Shown piece after piece: positions 37,004-50,630 of a DNA stretch of 64,000 bases. The stretch comes from Fistulifera solaris (Eukaryota): positions 868,001 through 932,000 of the forward strand of contig AP026140.1 of the NCBI GenBank assembly GCA_030295235.1, in the 5' to 3' direction. The translations under genes and the position numbers were made by a program. Every line of letters starts with the position of its first letter. Positions within the stretch are counted from its first letter, which is position 1. The notes beneath the pieces were generated by a model that was not told the origin of the DNA, searched no databases, and saw only the letters and a program-made list of their open reading frames with translations.

Positions 37004-37954
37004 TTAAGCTTGTTGTTTCTTGGCTTCACGTTCGACTTCATCGGCCGCCAGTGCTTTCTGACTCAATTCCAAGCCCGCCACTACCACTTTCAAATCCACC
37101 TTTTTTCCTACAATGACGACCGATGCTACCGATTTCGGTTCCATCGGTGCGGCCGTTCCTTCTCCCGTCGTCCATTCCTGATCAGCGTTCGCAGCCGCCG
37201 CCGTTGAAACTTCAATTTCTTCAATCGCAAATCCGGCAAACGATTCACTCGTATCGGCTTGTTCCAACACATAGACGGTAATCGGCAAGCTCTCCGGTGG
37301 TTCTTTGCGCGGAGCCCGTTCCAAATACGCCACGAGACTCGTCGCCAAATGCCCCGCGTTGGTAATGACACGGACGCCGGTCTTGGTACCGGGAACGTGT
37401 CCTTCGGGACAATAGAGGTGGTCGGCCAAACTGAGCAAATCCCGTGTGCGTTGACTGACTTGATCAAAGGTTTCAAACGACAAGGCATCGGACCCGGCTT
37501 CGGGGATGGCGTCGGAAGCTTTGACCTGCAAATTAAAAAAAATAGGTAAGAAAATGAATCTTTCGACTCTTCACACCACAAACTACACAACACTTACACG
37601 CAAGGGACTCGTTTTGGGAACGGCTAACCCAGCTACTTTCAAATCGAGCGGCTTGGTAATCCGAAATGCCGATTTCCGCAACGGTGTGACACCGTCTCCA
37701 TTGAGACACCAATTGAAGGCATAATTTTGTCCCGGATATTCATTGGGAAAGACTTCGGTACGTCCGACGCGGGTCAGCGATTCCGGGATGGCTGAAATGA
37801 AATGAGAGAATAGAGAGAAGGTGTTATATGAGAGGACTTGTAGTAGAAAAGAAAAGCAAGGACTGATAAAAAATTCGAACGCACCACTCATCGTTCGTTT
37901 CTGGGTCAACGAAAGCGCCCATGACGAGCGAATCAGTAAATGGCGGCCGCTCAT
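37004..37954 (-). CDS. Hypothetical protein with PEPCK N-terminal-like segment, probably mitochondrial (2 introns)
   Basis: Basic presequence MSGRHLLIRSSWALSLTQKRTM; QNYAFNWCLNGDGV; LYCPEG..GVRVIT..PITVYV. Confidence 0.6.
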
Positions 37955-38319
37955 TCTTTTCGATTGAATTCAAGCAATCAAAAAAAGAAGTCAAAGGTGT
38001 TTGACTTGCTTATAAATTAGTAGCTAGGAATATTCTAGGAAAGCGACTTTATGCATTCAACAACGCAAAAAAACGCACACACAGCGCAACAACACGCTAT
38101 AAAGAACTGTGAGCCTAAACTGTATAGGACAATTTGGTCTGTCCTTCTATCCGCTCGTCGGATCGCGACACCAATCAAAAATCGCCCGCGAACGACGAAG
38201 GATAACATTCATTATTTTCTTCGAGCCTTTTCATCGTCAAGTTGTGTCCTTGCAATCGCCTCAAGTATCATCAAACCCTCATTTCTCGTCAATATATAAG
38301 CCAAATATCCAGAAAGAAC

Positions 38320-39764
38320 ATGCCAGAAACATCCGATCCACCGTCCAGCGACCACAAACGCCGTCGCACAGAGGCCAACAACAATCACAAGAAACAGGCT
38401 GCTTCCCATCATTCCGGAAAAGAACTCCATCGCCAACATTCCAAACGCAAACTCGTCCAACAAAGCAGTCAATTTGGACGTGTCATGGAAGTTGTACCGT
38501 GTCGCAACAAACCACGACACGCGACACTGTCGTTGGCCATTCCGGGGAGTGCGTTGGCCAATTGTGTGACACCCGAACTCCAAACCTTGTGGGCTGGTCA
38601 AATTGCCCGTGCTGCGACCATTTATCATGTCGATGAAATTATCGTCTTTGATGATAAATTGACCGTAACACCGACTCCCTGGAATCGGAATCATCATCGG
38701 AACCGTTCGTCGTCCGCACCGAAAGATTACAATAAGAAGAATACCGAGAAAGAGCCCATTCACGAAGAAAATTCGAACCAAGACGACGCGACGGAACGCC
38801 ACAAACACGACACTCACCCAAAACGGACGACCGATCCGCATTTGTTCTTGGCCCGTCTGTTGCAATACTGTGAATGTCCCCAATACTTACGGAAACACTT
38901 TTTCCCCATGCATCCCGATTTGCAATTCACCGGCCTCTTGCCCCCCATGGATGCCCCGCATCATGTCCGGGCCTTGGATCGTTCCAAATACCGAGAAGGA
39001 GTTGTTTTGGAGAAAATGGGTCCGAATGGGAATTCGTTGGTGCATTGTGGGATTCCGGGCAAGTCCGTCGAGTACGTTGTTTACAACCGTAGTTGGGTGT
39101 GTGTGTGTGTGTGTCGCAAAGAATCGTTTCTCACGCCTCTTACCACAGAATCAATACACGCCTTACACCGGGCATTCGTTGTACCGTCCAGATTGATTCG
39201 TACACCACATCTCCCGTCAAAGGTACCGTCGTATCTCCATCGGCACCGCGATTGGACAATGGCACGTATTGGGGATACACGACCCGATTGGCCTCGTCGT
39301 TGATGGCCGTTTTCGAGGAAGCGCCGCACCCGTATGATTTCAAAATTGGGACCAGTGAACGGGGGACGCACAATATAGAGGCGAAATCGTATCACGTGCC
39401 TGCGTTTACCCACGCGCTGTTGGTGTTGGGAGGTGTTGCGGGATTGGAAGAATGTGTCAATGCCGATGAAAGTATTGCCTTGACGGGCAATCAATGTTCG
39501 CAATTGTTTGATCATTGGGTGAATATTTGTCCGTATCAGGGCAGTCGTACCATTCGAACGGAAGAAGCCGTATGGATTGCTTTGGCCAAGTACAGTCCGT
39601 TGTTGGCGAAAGCGAGTGAAGGGAAAGTAGTAAAGACAGCACCCGTAGTCACAACACCGGCGGAATTTTCGGACGAGCCGTCCGAAGAAAGCAGTGAAGA
39701 CGATGATGACGACGAAGGAGCGAAAGACAATAATATTGATGCTAGCGACGAATCGTCGGATTAG
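38320..39764 (+). CDS. SPOUT1: SPOUT-domain RNA methyltransferase (C9orf114/CENP-32), intron 39072-39148
   Basis: TLSLAIPGS, GQIARAATIYHVDEI, LQYCECPQYLRK, LPPMDAPHH, YWGY, IGTSERG, QGSRTIRTEEA. Confidence 0.93.
39097..39114. repeat. (GT)9 microsatellite inside the SPOUT1 intron
   Basis: Read directly. Confidence 0.9.
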
Positions 39765-39886
39765 AAATTGGTAATAAATAAACAGGATAGACTTCAATTT
39801 TTTATCTAATCTAAAATATACTCTACTCATTCTCGACTGCTCCGAAGGACGAATATCCTATCATTTCCTATTTTATTTCGGGTCGT

Positions 39887-40524
39887 TTACTCCAAACTCC
39901 GTTCTCCATTCTCTCCTACAATAGACCCCGACGATGTATCGACATTCCACACTTGTTCCAGATCAAACACTTGTGGTGATACCCGATGTACCGATTTTCC
40001 TTGTTGTTGAAAATACGTTTCAATGTCGTTGATGGTATTGGCGTCATCGCTGTCCGTGCTCGTACCATTGTTCGCAGACCGCCGACGACTCGTAAAACCA
40101 CCCCAATGATGATCGGCAATCAAATGTTGATTTTCACAACCACGACATTGGGCAATTACAATCCCTTGTCGATAAGCCACGCGTGATACTTGATGAACAT
40201 TCCGTGTTTCACAAATCTGACACGTGTATTGCAACTGCAATTTGGTGCCGACAAATGCAGTGGTGGTTGTGGCGTTGACCGTTGACGTCGAAGAAGGAGG
40301 AGACGAGAGTGTCGCCGGCAATTGCGGAATCCCGCGGGGCAGAGTATCTTCCGCGTCGTCGTCGTCCTCGTGACTGTATAAATAAGTGGTGGTGTGCCGT
40401 CGTTGGCTCGACGACAATCGTAAGAATGCCGACAGAGGATGATGATTCAAAAGAATGAGCAGAATGAAAAGGATTTTGTCACCCCGATGAGCCGCAGCAA
40501 TAGCAATAATAAATAGTGCTTCAT
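39887..40524 (-). CDS. DNL-type zinc finger protein (Hep1/Tim15/ZR family), likely plastid-targeted; N-terminal indel
   Basis: LQYTCQICETRN..SRVAYRQGIVIAQCRGCENQHLIADH; signal-like MKHYLLLLLL and SAF motif. Confidence 0.85.
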
Positions 40525-41140
40525 TCTTGTCGATTATGAGAAAAAAGGACGATAGCTTGATGTATTGTTGTTCGTAGCAATGCAACGAAGGATCGGAATT
40601 TTTTTAGTTTGACAGAACAACAAAACAACAACTTTTGATAAAAGAATAAGAAAATGCCTCCAACTTGAAGAATGACACTCGTATGACTGTGTGACGCATG
40701 CTTTTCAACGGAGTGTCGTACCGTGTCAAAAGAATGTGAGCATAATACCGGACGACGGACGACTGCTTGGTTTTTTTGAAAGGAGATACGGAGTACTTTT
40801 CTATCTATGACGTACGAATTCATGGTACTTCCAATGCTACATTACTTCGTTCACTAAATAAATGGAAAACGTGGCCAGTCCATACGTACCTGGTAGAGTG
40901 TTGCGCAACGTACGATCACTTTCATACAAAATGTACCAGTACGACCTCGTTTAACATTGCGAAACACGCAAACGCGACATTTTATCATCATTGGCATTTC
41001 GCAACGTGAAAAGTGAATGTATTATTTTTTGCCGAAAGCCAAAAAAATTCCAAACAGACTTTTGTTTCATTCATTCGTTGCTTCGCAGGTTGCCTATCTC
41101 TTTCCATCTATTGAGCCTTTTACAACAACAGCCTTTTAAT

Positions 41141-42580
41141 ATGCGAAAAATACTGCAAAAGAGGCTTTCCTTGTCGTCTTCTCCGCGCAGCAACAGCGAT
41201 CCTTCGTTCGCTAAAATTTTATGGCAAGCCTTGCAAGTGCAACGGACCCAGAAAATTGCCCTCTTTGCGGGTAGTCTTTTCCTCATCGCTCATTTTCTCA
41301 TGCAACAACAATGCACATGGTGTACTTCCCAGCCACTTGTCGTACGGGAGGGTGGCCCGTATCATCCTTCGATCCCTCTTCACAATCCCCAACCCGTCTA
41401 TTTGTGGCCCTTTGATTTACAAAACAAGGCGTACAATACCGAAATTATTCAAGTGGCTTATAATGGCATTCTCGAATCACCCTCTTTGACTTTGACAGAA
41501 GATCGCAACGATGTTCACGCGGTATGGATTGGTGATACCGGACACGGCTATTGGTACGGATGGTATCCGTGGGCCCGGAATCATGTCTTGCAATTTTTGT
41601 TGCGCCTTGGTGTGCTGGGAAAACACGCCTGGGGATACGATCGAACCCCGTGGTGTGATGAATTTTTGCGGGAAATTCGATCGTCACAACGAGAACGGCA
41701 GAAATACGGATATCCACTGCAATGGCCGATCTATATTTTGGATTTGACCGATTTTTCCACCGTGTTGCGCTGCCCGGCCATTGAACAAGCCATGGGGATG
41801 GAGCGGGTCTTTTATGGGAAACGATCCATCGTCCAAGGACGAGTCTTTCATCAACAATGGACGCACTTTGGTCACAAAATTGATCTGCCGTCGTCGTATC
41901 TCCACACACCGTTAATAGTAAGAACCGATACCGTGCAATCCTTACAGGACGTTTTGTTCGACCAATACAATCAGACGTTGGCGTCACCCATTGAACAACT
42001 GCCACGCAGTATCGATGTCGCACACTTTTGGACGGCCGCACCGGTGTATACATCCTATAAAACTCTGAAACGCTCACGGTCCAATTTACGCAATCGGGTC
42101 AGTGGCATCATTACCGAATTGGGCGACGAATACCCGCACATTCAAAGCTTTGTAGGCTTTGCGGGATCGCACGGGAGTCAAGGTCGCTACGGTGTTGCGT
42201 CCGCCTACATTGAAGCCTTGTTGGATGCCAAAATCGTGGTTGTGACACAAACGGATCGTTGGGAAGATCATTATCGACTCTACGAAGCACTCGTCACGGG
42301 GAGTATGGTCATTACCGATCGCATGTTATCGTTGCCCCGGGGTCTCGTCAATGGTACCAGTGTCATTGAATGCACCAGTCGGGACGACTTGCGGTCCCAA
42401 ATTTTGTATTACTTGTCGCATCCCGAAGAACGCCTCGCCATTGCGCGGCAAGGACGATACGTGGCCATGTCACAACATCGTTCGTGGCATCGGATGGAAG
42501 AATTGATCTTTGGAGAAATTCGAACTCATTGTGCGCATGACAACAGTACGGATTGTCCGTTTGTGGTTCATGCAAGTTAA
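41141..42580 (+). CDS. Type II membrane glycosyltransferase, GT-B (Glyco_trans_1_2-like)
   Basis: N-terminal TM; YIEALLDAKIVV..RLYEALVTGSMVITD..YYLSHPEERLAIARQG. Confidence 0.75.
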   Translation: MRKILQKRLSLSSSPRSNSDPSFAKILWQALQVQRTQKIALFAGSLFLIAHFLMQQQCTWCTSQPLVVREGGPYHPSIPLHNPQPVYLWPFDLQNKAYNTEIIQVAYNGILESPSLTLTEDRNDVHAVWIGDTGHGYWYGWYPWARNHVLQFLLRLGVLGKHAWGYDRTPWCDEFLREIRSSQRERQKYGYPLQWPIYILDLTDFSTVLRCPAIEQAMGMERVFYGKRSIVQGRVFHQQWTHFGHKIDLPSSYLHTPLIVRTDTVQSLQDVLFDQYNQTLASPIEQLPRSIDVAHFWTAAPVYTSYKTLKRSRSNLRNRVSGIITELGDEYPHIQSFVGFAGSHGSQGRYGVASAYIEALLDAKIVVVTQTDRWEDHYRLYEALVTGSMVITDRMLSLPRGLVNGTSVIECTSRDDLRSQILYYLSHPEERLAIARQGRYVAMSQHRSWHRMEELIFGEIRTHCAHDNSTDCPFVVHAS

Positions 42581-42679
42581 CAATTTTGTAACATAACCTG
42601 CGATTATAATATTGTCGTAAACTTATAAACTGCGACACAAATTCAATACAGTCAAGTTGCTTTTTGTCATAATTCCCTT

Positions 42680-44054
42680 TTAAAGTAAATGCCCACCAAT
42701 GGGGATCGTCGCGTCGTACAAGATTCCAGAATTGCCACAAATTTTCACCGGAGGCGGAATGATCGGTTTGCCATCGTCTTCTTGCGTGCAAGCAATGCCA
42801 TCGGCCGGAGTCGTGTCGATACCACAATCCATTTCCGGATCACTTAACGTAGACGGATCCACACGCCATAATCGTATGTAACCATCTTCACCCCACATCG
42901 GCGACCACGAATTCCGAATCAACCAATACGGCTCTCCGGTCATGGGATCTTCTCCGTATCCCTCCAGTACGACCAAGTGATCTGAGCACAATATTGTATG
43001 AGTGCATTGTAAGAATAGGCGAGACAGTGTTCACACAGAAGTAAAGTCACACCTCGTAAAAAACAGTTTCATTCCGGCCAATCAACTTCTTACCAATATC
43101 CGTCGCACGTGTATTGTTGAGCGGCGCATAAAAGACCCCTCCCTGATACAAATGCCACGGCAAACAAGCCACCGACACAGCGACGGGACCATGCTTGGCC
43201 ACGGCATTCATTAGGGCGACATAATCATTGGAAGGCAGTGTCATGTACCCTTCAATGCCAGCGACGGCACCAGTATACTGCGTCGAAGCCGCGGTATCTC
43301 CCGTACTCAAGACGCCCCCACGGAGTCCCGTGATACCCTCGGTCGTCGTTTCGGACAAGGAACAGTTGATGGCTTCTCCGTGATACGATTGATATCCAAA
43401 CTCCCATTCCTGGACCATCCCGTGTTCCGCGACATGTTGAAAGGCCAATTCCGCCGTCGCTCCCGCACAGCCACCGGTGCCACCACAATGCCGCGGATTC
43501 GGGGCACACGACACCAATTCTTGGACCGACAAAGTCATTAACTTGCCGGTGGTCAATGCAACATGACTTTCTAACACGGAAGTCGACGCAAACGCCCAAC
43601 ACGAACCACAGCGACCTTGATTTTTCACCGGAGTCGTGACACCGGCCGCCCTCCAATCGACGGCTTTGGGTAACAAGTGAACCGGTTCGACGGTAAATGG
43701 GAGATGTGCGTACAGCAACAAGTCTGGCTTCTCTTGCTGCAGCACGCTAGCAGATAATCGCAAAGTCGATTGACTCTTGTCGTAACCGCGAGGAAGTTCC
43801 TCCGCTTCGTGATCGGCCCACCAATTGACGCCAAGCGAATGACCCCTCTGCCTTTGTTGATTGTGCTCGATAATAGTTTGTCGATTTTGCTCAAAAATGG
43901 CTTGACGTCGTTGATTTTCGAATGGATCGGGATACGATTTTTGATAGTGTGTCACGAATTCTTCAAACGTCATCATGGCGTCTTGTTCGCGAGCGGCAAC
44001 TAGCAGCAGACCTGCGAGCACCCCAACGAGCGAATGACTCAAACAGATCCTCAT
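42680..44054 (-). CDS. Papain-family (C1A) cysteine protease with I29 prodomain, intron about 43093-42983
   Basis: Signal peptide, ERFNIN-like prodomain, [40 protein letters not shown]. Confidence 0.95.
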
Positions 44055-44844
44055 TGTTGAAGAACAGAACGACTGAATTGAAAAACAAAGTAGGAAAGAT
44101 GGAAGGAGACGACGAGGAAATGCGGTCATCGCATCGCAGATCATCGCAGCGTCGCAGAAAACGGAAAATAAATGCGCAGCAAAGAACCTTTCAAAACGTC
44201 CTACAGTACCATTCCGACGATCCACAGAACGAAAATGATGCAGTCGTGATTTTCGTAAACCAACACTAAACGCTATAGTAACGTCCAATTGTACCACTCC
44301 GACTAATTACAATATGAAACAAAGTAGCCATGGTTTCCGTAAACTAATACGAAGCGCTATAATAAATTCCTCAGATCACGTTTCGCCGTGCGGTACATAC
44401 TGGCGATGCCATTGCTGATTCAGCTATTCACCATCTTTGTAGATATGAATTTACAAGTGATTGAATGAGTAGAATGGTTGAAGGATTGTGATGTCTGGAC
44501 TTTATTTCAAAAAGTGAAAAAGGATCAGATTTACTATGCTGACGTCCTATCGTCGAACAAATAAAAGCGTTTTGAGTTTCTCAACCAGTTCCATAGAGGT
44601 AGCTGGATTTCCTTTGTCCTTTACCTATCATTCTATCACTGTGATGCTTGTCAAATTACCACCTCGTTCAAAGCTTTTTACGGATCTCCAAAGACTTCAC
44701 AAAAAGTACGTGACTCGAATGCAGTCACGAGACTACCATTTTCGCGGCGCATTCGTCTTCATCGCGCGCAGCACTCTACAATACATTTCAGGTCCTCGTT
44801 CAAAGCATTTATTTCCTTCTTCTACTCCATTTACGTTTCTTAGT

Positions 44845-45684
44845 ATGAAATATACTTCATTCCTTGTGGCTCTAACTGCTCTGTGCGGCGCGAATGCCTT
44901 TGTCGGGCCTTTGCGAATCATCCTCGCGCCCCGTTCGCTGCGAGACGCATCTCCTTTCTTATTATCGCCATTGCACAGCAACAGCAATGCCGATGACTTG
45001 TTTGATCCATTGCTGAGTCCGCATGCGTATCCCAATGGGGTGGATGCGGGTCCGGTCACCGAAAAACCGTCGAATAATAGCAGCAACGCACCGAATAAAC
45101 GAAAACCCTTTGGTTTTCGTACGAACGGAGAAGAGAGCGAACCCGAAAACAAATCACTCCATTTCAACAATAAGCCTTCAGCGCTCCAACCAAACGTCTT
45201 TGATCCCACCCTTTCGCCGCATCGCTATCCGAATGGAACACCCGATCAAGTCATCGATCTATCGGCTCCCACCCACAAAATTGGAATTTTACTCATGGAC
45301 CACGGATCCCGGAATCCTCAATCCAATCAACGCCTCCACGATTTGGCGCAATTGTACCAAAGTCGGTTGTCTTCAGAAACAATTGTCCGCGCCGCCCATA
45401 TGGAAATTGCGGAACCGTCCATTCCCCAAGTCTTACGACAACTCGTTTTCGAAGATCAAGTCGATCAAATCATTTGTCATCCCTATTTTCTCAGTCCGGG
45501 ACGACATGTCACACAAGATATTCCACAAATTGTGCAACAAGCTATTACAGAGCTGAGTCAAGAAGTCGATGAAATGCCTCCCATTGTCACGACGGATCCG
45601 GTCGGAGCGCAAACGGATGTCATGATTTCGGCCATTCATAATTTAGTGCAACAATCGGTGACGGTGCCGTTGACTCCTCGTTGA
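44845..45684 (+). CDS. sirB: Plastid sirohydrochlorin ferro/cobaltochelatase (SirB/CbiX)
   Basis: ANA-F presequence; LLMDHGSR, AHMEIAEPSI, HPYFLSPGRHVTQDIP. Confidence 0.88.
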   Translation: MKYTSFLVALTALCGANAFVGPLRIILAPRSLRDASPFLLSPLHSNSNADDLFDPLLSPHAYPNGVDAGPVTEKPSNNSSNAPNKRKPFGFRTNGEESEPENKSLHFNNKPSALQPNVFDPTLSPHRYPNGTPDQVIDLSAPTHKIGILLMDHGSRNPQSNQRLHDLAQLYQSRLSSETIVRAAHMEIAEPSIPQVLRQLVFEDQVDQIICHPYFLSPGRHVTQDIPQIVQQAITELSQEVDEMPPIVTTDPVGAQTDVMISAIHNLVQQSVTVPLTPR

Positions 45685-45753
45685 TAAGGGCATTGTTGTT
45701 TGATTGTCTATAGAAGAGGAATAATATGCAAACGTTTCCTTTTTATTATTGTA

Positions 45754-48700
45754 TTACTGTTTTACGGACAAGGGAGTGCGCAAGGTAGCCGCGTTCTTAG
45801 ATTTCTTGGCGGGAGTTCGCCACGCTCGTTTCTTGATAAATTGACGCGCATCGTATTCAATTTCTTGATAGAGCGACGGGTCATTCGCCAGAAATTCTTT
45901 CGTTTCGTCTTTGTTTTGACGGTACACGTCCACCAAGAAAGACATGAGATTCTTCAACAGGGGCGACTGACTCTTTTGCAACACAACTTTCAGCTGACAC
46001 AGAATCGGTAACAAGATTTCTAACAAGTGCTTCTTGCTGATTTTCGAAAACAACGTGCCCTTGGCCACTTGAATGGTTTTGTTTGCATTGGAAGTCACAT
46101 TCGGATCTTCAATGTCTTCTTCCTCCGTATCCTTGTTGGCAGACCGTCCCACTTTCATCGAAGGATCCGAGAGAATCGCCAAGGCGTCGCTCAGAACTGC
46201 CATGGCACTTTCGCGCGAATCGACGCCTTTTTTCAGAACTTCGTCGTCATCGACGAAAGGATTCGTGCAGACCTCGTGCAGATCATTTCCACCTTTCAGA
46301 GCACTGCCCAAGACTTCCTTCGTGATACGCGCGGTCAAACCAAGCTTCTCTTCATCGCTTACGCGCGATAGAAGCAACTGATAAATTTGCATTCGTCGGG
46401 CTCGCCCAACTTCGCCACTTAGATAGATACCCTCGAATCCGATGGAAGCATCCGACCCTTGGTCGTCGTTCGCTGTCGCCGCCAGGTAAATTGGGTGAGC
46501 GGTGCAACGATTCAGAACAAAAATAGCTTCAACAAAGTTGTTGGAAAATAGCCTTGGCTGTTTGGTAATGAGGGGGACCGCATAGCAACATTTCCGCAAG
46601 ATTTGCTACTTCCTCATCTTCGTCTACTGTTGCTACCAAGAAGCGATAAAATAAGAGCCCGCGCCACTTGATGTAGTCTTGCAGCAACAAGCTAGCCAAA
46701 ACAGTGACAGCATGCTTTCGCACTATGGCCGAGTCTGGTTGGACGGCCACATTCAAAACAGATCCAGAAAGGTCTCTCAACCCAGCTTGCATACAAGCTG
46801 CCATGACTGGGAGGTAACGATCCACCATGCTTGTGTATTGTACACACAAGTCACTTAGAACGAGCAGCGCATTTGATTGAACTCGCCAGGATCCTTGCTG
46901 CATATTTTCGTGGAGTTCACGTGCCAAGATATTCAAGGACTGTTTGCATAACGTTTCGTCGCGAAGGCAAATCTTACCAATCGCTAAATATGCATGAGCG
47001 CGGAGTGACTCTGGGGTCGGTACTCCGCTTGTGCCTGCGACGCGATGAGGCAAGAAAGCCTGAATCAACCGAGCGAGTGTGGGCCCTGGACTGAAATGGA
47101 GTCCTCGCACTGGATCCTTTTCGGTAGAAGATTGTTTTTGTCCACGATTCTCGACAAGACCCCCTTTTTTGTCGTCACTTGGATGAAAACCCACCAAGGA
47201 TAGGTCCCCGACGGAGAATATAGCTCTACCAAGTTTTGCAAAGTTGTAATCCAGATTGCTTGTGCTTGCCAGCTGAGAAGAAATCAAACTCTCGCAAGCA
47301 GAATACAGTTTTTCAATCATTGTCTTGCAGCGCCCGTTAGTGTCAACGGAATTATCCGTGCAGGCTGTAGTTGTTGCCACCAAAGCGGTAATTGCGTCAC
47401 CGATCACTTCGGTTGTCAGGGAAAAGCTGTGAATCCGATGATACAGCTTTTCAGCGGCATCCTGAGCGGAATCTTTTCCAAGTAGAGCCACTACTTTAGA
47501 CAGAACCTTCAACGCATACTTGGCAGCCTTGTGTAAATTAAACACAGACTCTTCACTTGCACTATCGCTCAGTTGACACAGACGTTCCCAGGAAGATCCC
47601 AAGAAATCAAGATCAAATCCGTATCGTTTGGATAGCTGGGCGAATTCTTTGGGTTTGGAAAACGACGACACGAGCGCTTCCAGAAGACACCACGCTCCGG
47701 TTCGCTGATTTTCGATAACCGCAGGAGACAAGTCAGTGCTGGGACTTTCCAATGTACTCGCGCATTTCGATACGACTTCATTTAATATCTGCCGCTTGAC
47801 TGTCGCGGATGCATCCGAAGATGCCACAGCATTCGCTACAAATGTTTTCAAAGCTTGCGATTGACTCCTTGCGCGCCCCGAACTGGATGACCCCTCCTGA
47901 ATACTAGCGAGGATTCTCCATGCACTTTCTGCGCGTAGCTCGGTCTCTTCCATGATAGGAGCAAGAACAATAATTTCAACCAGTTCAAGTGCTTTCGCGA
48001 CACAGGACGGCTCGCTGTCCAAAACCATTACCAGGACGGAAGAGGACCAAGCCGTTTCCACGTCGTATAAGAAGTTGACGTTCTTCATTGAAACGGCGCC
48101 ATAAAGAAGGTTGGTGAGCGCTTCCGCCGATACTTTTCGAACCATCACCGACTCATCGTTGCACAGCGTACTAAACACGTCCACGTCGGCCCCGGATGGT
48201 TCAAGCATGTTATTGTCGTCGGCTTGACAGATCATGAGCAGTCCCGACAGAGCTTCTACAGCCGATCGTCGTACCGTGGCTTTGTCGTCATTCGCACGTT
48301 TTCTTAATGTTTGCGCCAAAGAATGACCCTCCAAACTGAGAAAGTCCGCGAAACTCGTTTTTAACGTTTCATCGCAAGCAGATTCTTGCAAAGAGTCAAA
48401 GATCTTGGCAAAGCACGATGCGCTGGTCATTCGAATGGTAGGAATACGATCTTGCAAACGCCCCACCAACACTCCAAATAAAGCTTCCGTCATGTTGTCG
48501 CGACTGCGACAGAGAAGAGGCGACAAAGACTTTCTTCGGTCCACAGATGCTGCAGGAGATGGCGAAGCAACATTACTTCTTTCTGCGTGCTCTTTCCACA
48601 GCCACGATTCGACGAGAATGTCGCCAGTCAGTTGACAACCCACCAGACGGTGCAATGATACTTTCGAGTGACACAATTGAATCACAAACGACAGGAAACG

Positions 48701-50013
48701 CTCTCGTTCGGCCGGTTGTAGATGCGCCAAGGTACGCAACACTGTTTCCAGAGCACATCGACGAATGTTTGTCTTCTCCAATTCTCGGTCGGTCGTGATC
48801 TTTTGAAGAGTGCCCACAATAGCAGCATGCATCGAATCAATTTTTCTCACCGAATCATACGAATTTCGTGATGCTTTCACGGTAGATTTCAACTTGGCCG
48901 GAGTGATTCTCGCAGAGCTTCCAATCGAACTTCGATTCGAGGGCGTCATCGAGCGTTTGGGCGTAGCCACAGTAGCTCTTCCGGTGGGTGAACCTCCGAG
49001 AGAAAGTCGACCTGTATTTGGACCAGCAGCACACAAATTCTTCACAAACAACTCAAACGCGTAGGAAGATGCTTGGCAGGCCGCTTGTTTTCCCTGCTCT
49101 CCATTCGAAACAACGTCCTTGAACACAATCGATGGATAGATGGTTCGTAGAATGGCGAGCATCGTTTCACGACGCTTCGTGGCCTTGTTCAAATCACTTT
49201 CCATCAAGAGATCATCATCCTCGTCGTCTTCTTCGTCATACTCGTTGGTGGTTTCCAAGACAAGACACTGATGAATTGATTCCGTCGCGGCGGTAATGAC
49301 ATTCCGACAGAGCGTTTCCTCACGGTCGGTGATTTTGACCGATTGAATCGCTGCACTGGTCGCCATCCCCGCCACGATCGCATCCACAATCGAATCGCGG
49401 GCTTCCGAGGACCAGGTGAGAAATTCTCGATTCAATAGACATCTGGAGAGAGGTACCAGAACTTCCAAACCGCATGTCACCAACTGATGTTCCGGTACTG
49501 GCGACGGAAACGAGTCTTCCGTCACTTCTTTTACCATACTTTCATCATCACTTTCTCGTTCGTGTTTCCACGCTGTTTTTTCCCGTCCAATGCATTCTTC
49601 TCTCCACCGCCGCAACAAGGCCGCCAACGCACTGGTGGCTTGGGCTTCCACGAGTCCCGCTCCCAGTGCACCGGGTAATGCTAACAATTGCGCATAGATG
49701 CGGGCACTGAGTAAACTGATGGTGGTCAAGGTCAATGCCGGATTGTGCGCCAGGGCGTGTTCGTTCGCTTCGTCATCGTACGTTCCCGGCAACAAGGTTT
49801 CCGTCGGGACGCGCGCGGTAATCAACGATTCCAGGACGCGAATGAGACGGGACAAATCGGTCGATTCCGGCAAACTGTTGCGGACTGTGACATTTCGGGA
49901 CTCTTTTTATCGTGATTTAAGCAATGAATGATCACCTTCAAAGATGATTCGATTTGGGACGTGTTCTCGCTCGTCAGCAAGTCCTGCAACGCCGTTTCCA
50001 TGCTGGATGTCAT
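45754..50013 (-). CDS. NCAPD3: Condensin II HEAT subunit CAP-D3 (indels near 46575 and 49890)
   Basis: HEAT repeats; LRAHAYLAIGKICL, SNALLVLSDLCVQYTSMVDRY, LLLQDYIKWRG, ILLPILCQLK..SPLLKNLM. Confidence 0.85.
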
Positions 50014-50630
50014 TTTTTTGTTGTATAATTGTTTTTTCTTTGGATGTGTTTTCTCGATTGCTTGTTTCTTGGTTGTTTGAAATATTGTTGACAAAAACAA
50101 ACGAATGTTACTTTCATCGACAGCAATGATTGTTATGTCGCTGCGATCGTCGTGATGGTCGAAAGGTCGTTGCCTCCGTTGTTTAAACTTTCCGTTGAGC
50201 GCACGTCACACCATTGTCTCTCAAGTAATGTACCCGGAACGTTGGTCACATAGCCATCTATCTACGACGCTGTAGATGAGTATAAATGTGTCGATACGGT
50301 ACTCGACCATGGGCCTGTTTGTGACCCTGTTCGACTATACTGTAGTTCAGAAAGTGTAGCGTGTCTGGAATTTCGACGAATCTTGTACAGTACTTATGAC
50401 GCTACTATTCATTCCGCAGTCATGCACGTTTTATCACCACGTCTTCGTTTTTCGCCCGCAACGCACATGAAAATGCACCTTCAGTCACGCCAAACATTCT
50501 TCTTCTTTCTCGTTGCGATGGCCACAAAAATAGCAACGACATCCAAACATCAACCACCAAGACTCTCTCTTGCGTTCCTCATTTTCCATTTCTTTCATAA
50601 ACAAATAGACACATAGACTAGAATACATCC

